Below are positions 61,114 through 64,000 of a DNA stretch of 64,000 bases, one piece after another. Every line of letters begins with the position of its first letter. Position 1 is the stretch's first letter. The notes under the pieces are model-generated. The model did not search any database and was not told where the DNA came from. It saw nothing but the letters and a program-made list of their open reading frames with translations. This DNA comes from Selaginella moellendorffii (lineage: Eukaryota; Plantae; Lycopodiophyta), in the NCBI RefSeq assembly GCF_000143415.4, contig NW_003314346.1:377270-441269 (forward strand), in the 5' to 3' direction. A program made the position numbers and the translations under genes.

Positions 61114-62178
61114 TCAGCATTTGAGTGTCAGCAGCGGGATGATGCCTCGTGTTCGCTTCAGGTACGCGACGTAGTCACTGTAGTGCATCGTGTAGAGTGA
61201 GCTCTGGTAGCGAGTGATTCTAAAGCGCCTGCGCAGTGACTCGGTTATAGGACCCATGAATCCTGCTTTTCTCACCAACGAGTCCACAGTTTCCACCTTG
61301 GTCCAGCCTGGAAAGATTGCTTTTTTCTATGGTCCTCTGGAAGAAAACAAAAAACAATCTCACGTACCTTCCTGAGCCGAAACTTCTGGCAAATAAGTGG
61401 CACTCCTACGTAAGTTATCCGGATCAGTGAACTCCAAGATCATCCCATGCTTCCCAATCTGCGGGAGTAAAATCAGTAGCAATACCACCGGAGCAAAATC
61501 AATCAACCTCTCCCTAGCTACGAGGCAAGAAGAGAAGAATAAAACTATGCAAGAAAGCAAACAAGCCTCCCAAAAGGCTTGCAAAGAAGAAAATTTAAGA
61601 AAAATGCACCTCCCAATCTAAATAATTGGCTGCTGATTCATAGTCTGTTAGAATGGACACGGTACATTCCAGGAAAGGAATCTCCCGGGCTTGAATCGGA
61701 GGGAAGCGCCGGTCGCGGAGCGCACTGAAACATAGGTAGAGAAGAGGTCAACATCCTTCCACTTATTTTTTTCACATCTTTTCGCTCGAAACTCGGCTAC
61801 CAAACACTAGCTAGCAAGGAAGGCATCCACTTAAAACCATAAACAAAAGGTGCCATGACAAGACTCTTTCACGCCAAGCAACCAAAAGAGCGCACCTGGT
61901 CAATGCGTAATCCTTGAAGCCAGTGATCAAGCAGCGAGCTTCCAGCGTCCCGATGCATCCTCGCAAGCGAGGCTCTCCACCATTCACAACTTTCTTCCAA
62001 GTCACGAACAGTGGGCTGCATGGAGAAAATGGAACGTGAAAGAGAGAATGGCAAACAATGCCATGAACACTTACTAGTTCCCTTCCTCGAAGTCCGGCGT
62101 GGGAATCACATCTCCGGTGTAGTGGGCGACGAGAGTATCGAAGCAATAGACGGCCATCTCCTTGCTAGCGGAGACCAT
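61114..62178 (-). CDS. AMMECR1: AMMECR1 family protein, multi-exon
   Basis: MVSASKEMAVYCFDTL, PLFVTWKK..LRGCIGT, ALRDRRFPPI, HGMILEF, ATYLPEV, SLVRKAG, ITRYQS. Confidence 0.95.
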
Positions 62179-62657
62179 GGTGCTGCTGCTCCTGCGCGTC
62201 CGATGATGTTCGGAACCACGCCCCTAGCCACGCCCCAACCATAAGAAAAAAAAAAAGAGGAGAAAAAAAAGAGAGCAAGACTTCACTCCCCTTCCACTCG
62301 ACTTGAGAATCACTCGCTCACTCGCTCGCTCGCTTCTACGCACGCAAGAACAAGCAAGAAGCAGCAGCGGCAGGCATCCCTACCACTTCCGCAAGCCGCC
62401 TCTTCTTCATCAACAACAAGAGCCGCCGCCACAAATGCCTGCTGCTGCTGCCGCCACCGCCGCCGATTCGCGCGCCGTCGTCCTCCACCCGAGCGCCGTG
62501 GCCGCAGCAGCGCATCAGCCTCTCGTGCTAGGGCATCATCGCCATCGCCATGACTGGCGAGCGCACAGCAAGCAAGCCAAGCCCTAGAAAAAAGAACACG
62601 ACAAGTAGAGAATCTAATTTGACGAAAGAAAGGAATAAACCTCTTTCTCTCTCCTTT

Positions 62658-64000
62658 TTAAAATGGCCTCATGCTACTAGCTTGCGCGATGAGCGCCTCG
62701 AAGACCTCGGCCCTTTGGTTCCCAAAGGTACTCCGGCAAAGCTTGTAAGCCACCTCTCTCACCACTCGCAATGGCCCTTCGTCTCTCACCACCGCCGACG
62801 ATTCCAAGTACTGCCGCAGCTCCATCACTTCCCCGCACTGCATTATCAGCGATCGCCAGTGCCCCGGCACCGTCTCGTGCAAGCAGCTCACCAGATCCTC
62901 CCATGGCGGCACCGTTTGCATGAAATCCTCGAAGAAGTCCGACGATGGCATCCCGGCCAAGTAGGCCAGCGCGTACGAGGCGCGCAGCAGCGTGTCCGCG
63001 CTCGCGCTTCCCTCCGCCTGGAGCCGCACGGCTAGCTGCCCGAAGCTCGCGCACGCCGGGAGAGGACCGGGCACCTCCCCGGCCTCCGCCGCCGCGTTGA
63101 TCTCCCGGAAGGCCTTGTCGTGGAGGAAGTTGAACTGCTCGTTGATCCTCCGGAAGGCCTTCTGAGAGCCGCGCTCGCTGGAGCAGCGGCGGCACTGGCA
63201 CTGGAATCCCCACCGCTGGCACATCTCCTGCCGCGCGTGGAACGGCACCAGCGCGTCGAAGTATGGGAGAGTGATCTCCTCCCCCTCGCCGATGTCTCGA
63301 GCCGCGTGGACGAAGAGCGCTCGCCCGACTTCCAGCCGCGCGGCATTCGGACAGCACGAATGGTTGATGAAAGCCGGCAGCGGCCACAGTCCGCATGACT
63401 TGGAGTTGAGGATGGCGTCGGCGCTGTTGCACATACCGTCGAGCTTGTGCCACAGGGACTGGCCGAACGAGAACTCCTTCACCACCTTGCGGACGCTGTC
63501 CGTGTCGATCCTGACGTCGCCATTGTTGTCCTGGTCGAAGGTCTCGGAGTACCAGCGGCTGTTGGGACGGAACAAGTCCAGCGACGGGATCTTGGTCGAC
63601 GACATGAGGCTGCTCAGCTGCTGGAAACTCCGCCTCGAGCATGCCACTGCCGCCATGATCTTGGCCACCAGGTCCTCCTGGAGTGATGTCGCCTGGCAGC
63701 TCGGTGGAGAATCGCTGTAGGCTACTGCCAAGGCATTGGTGACGAGCAGCGTTTCTCCAGCCTTGACGCTCTCGGTGACGAACAGGCCTCGACCGGAGGC
63801 AATGGTGGACTTCCGGATTGCCACGGGGCCGACGTAGTCCGCGCAGGTGGGAGCTCGGTCTCGAGCTCGGCCAGCGATGAGGAAGCCACTGATGTCGAAA
63901 CTCCCGTGCTTGCTCTGCTTGATACTCGTCTCGCACTGCTGGATGAGGCCTCCCATATGATCTCTCGACATCTCCGCCGCCTTCTTCATGCACGCCAGCG
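62658..64000 (-). CDS. SET-domain (SMYD/ATXR1-like) lysine methyltransferase, 5' part outside the window
   Basis: GRGLFVT..GETLLV, GLW..FINHSCCPNA, AARDIGEGEEITLPY, post-SET FQCQCRRC. The frame stays open to the window edge. Confidence 0.9.
   Translation of the reverse strand, partial: LACMKKAAEMSRDHMGGLIQQCETSIKQSKHGSFDISGFLIAGRARDRAPTCADYVGPVAIRKSTIASGRGLFVTESVKAGETLLVTNALAVAYSDSPPSCQATSLQEDLVAKIMAAVACSRRSFQQLSSLMSSTKIPSLDLFRPNSRWYSETFDQDNNGDVRIDTDSVRKVVKEFSFGQSLWHKLDGMCNSADAILNSKSCGLWPLPAFINHSCCPNAARLEVGRALFVHAARDIGEGEEITLPYFDALVPFHARQEMCQRWGFQCQCRRCSSERGSQKAFRRINEQFNFLHDKAFREINAAAEAGEVPGPLPACASFGQLAVRLQAEGSASADTLLRASYALAYLAGMPSSDFFEDFMQTVPPWEDLVSCLHETVPGHWRSLIMQCGEVMELRQYLESSAVVRDEGPLRVVREVAYKLCRSTFGNQRAEVFEALIAQASSMRPF

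Noticed and set aside
62303-62587. Ala/His-rich 94-aa ORF
   Set aside because: Non-ATG start, low complexity and no family evidence. It may be UTR or promoter sequence.

Overview
Eukaryotic, very gene-dense plant nuclear DNA with tiny (~40-60 bp) GT-AG introns, intronless PLS-type PPR genes and a sperm-flagellar gene. This combination points to a lycophyte such as Selaginella (inference). From left to right: a decayed Ty3/gypsy LTR retrotransposon with 176-bp LTRs (778-6920); a run of conserved genes (GT61, armadillo kinesin, small conserved protein, PPR, coiled-coil protein, PSA2, EF-hand/TPR protein, EID1-like F-box, Cys-rich peptide); a rearranged birth-and-death zone (25.6-39.1 kb) with four copies or fragments of one F-box family, several fragments of an unknown gene lying tail-to-tail with them, a hairpin-containing tandem array, TCF25, a second PPR and an amaranthin-aerolysin lectin/pore-former; then KEA1/2, DUF1295, a dirigent protein and SPEF2; a TE-debris island with two foldback elements bounded by a duplicated SPEF2 3' end; and finally GT29, a cupin-like protein, AMMECR1 and a partial SET-domain gene. 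Gene models were assembled by eye. Family calls rest on recalled motifs, not database searches.
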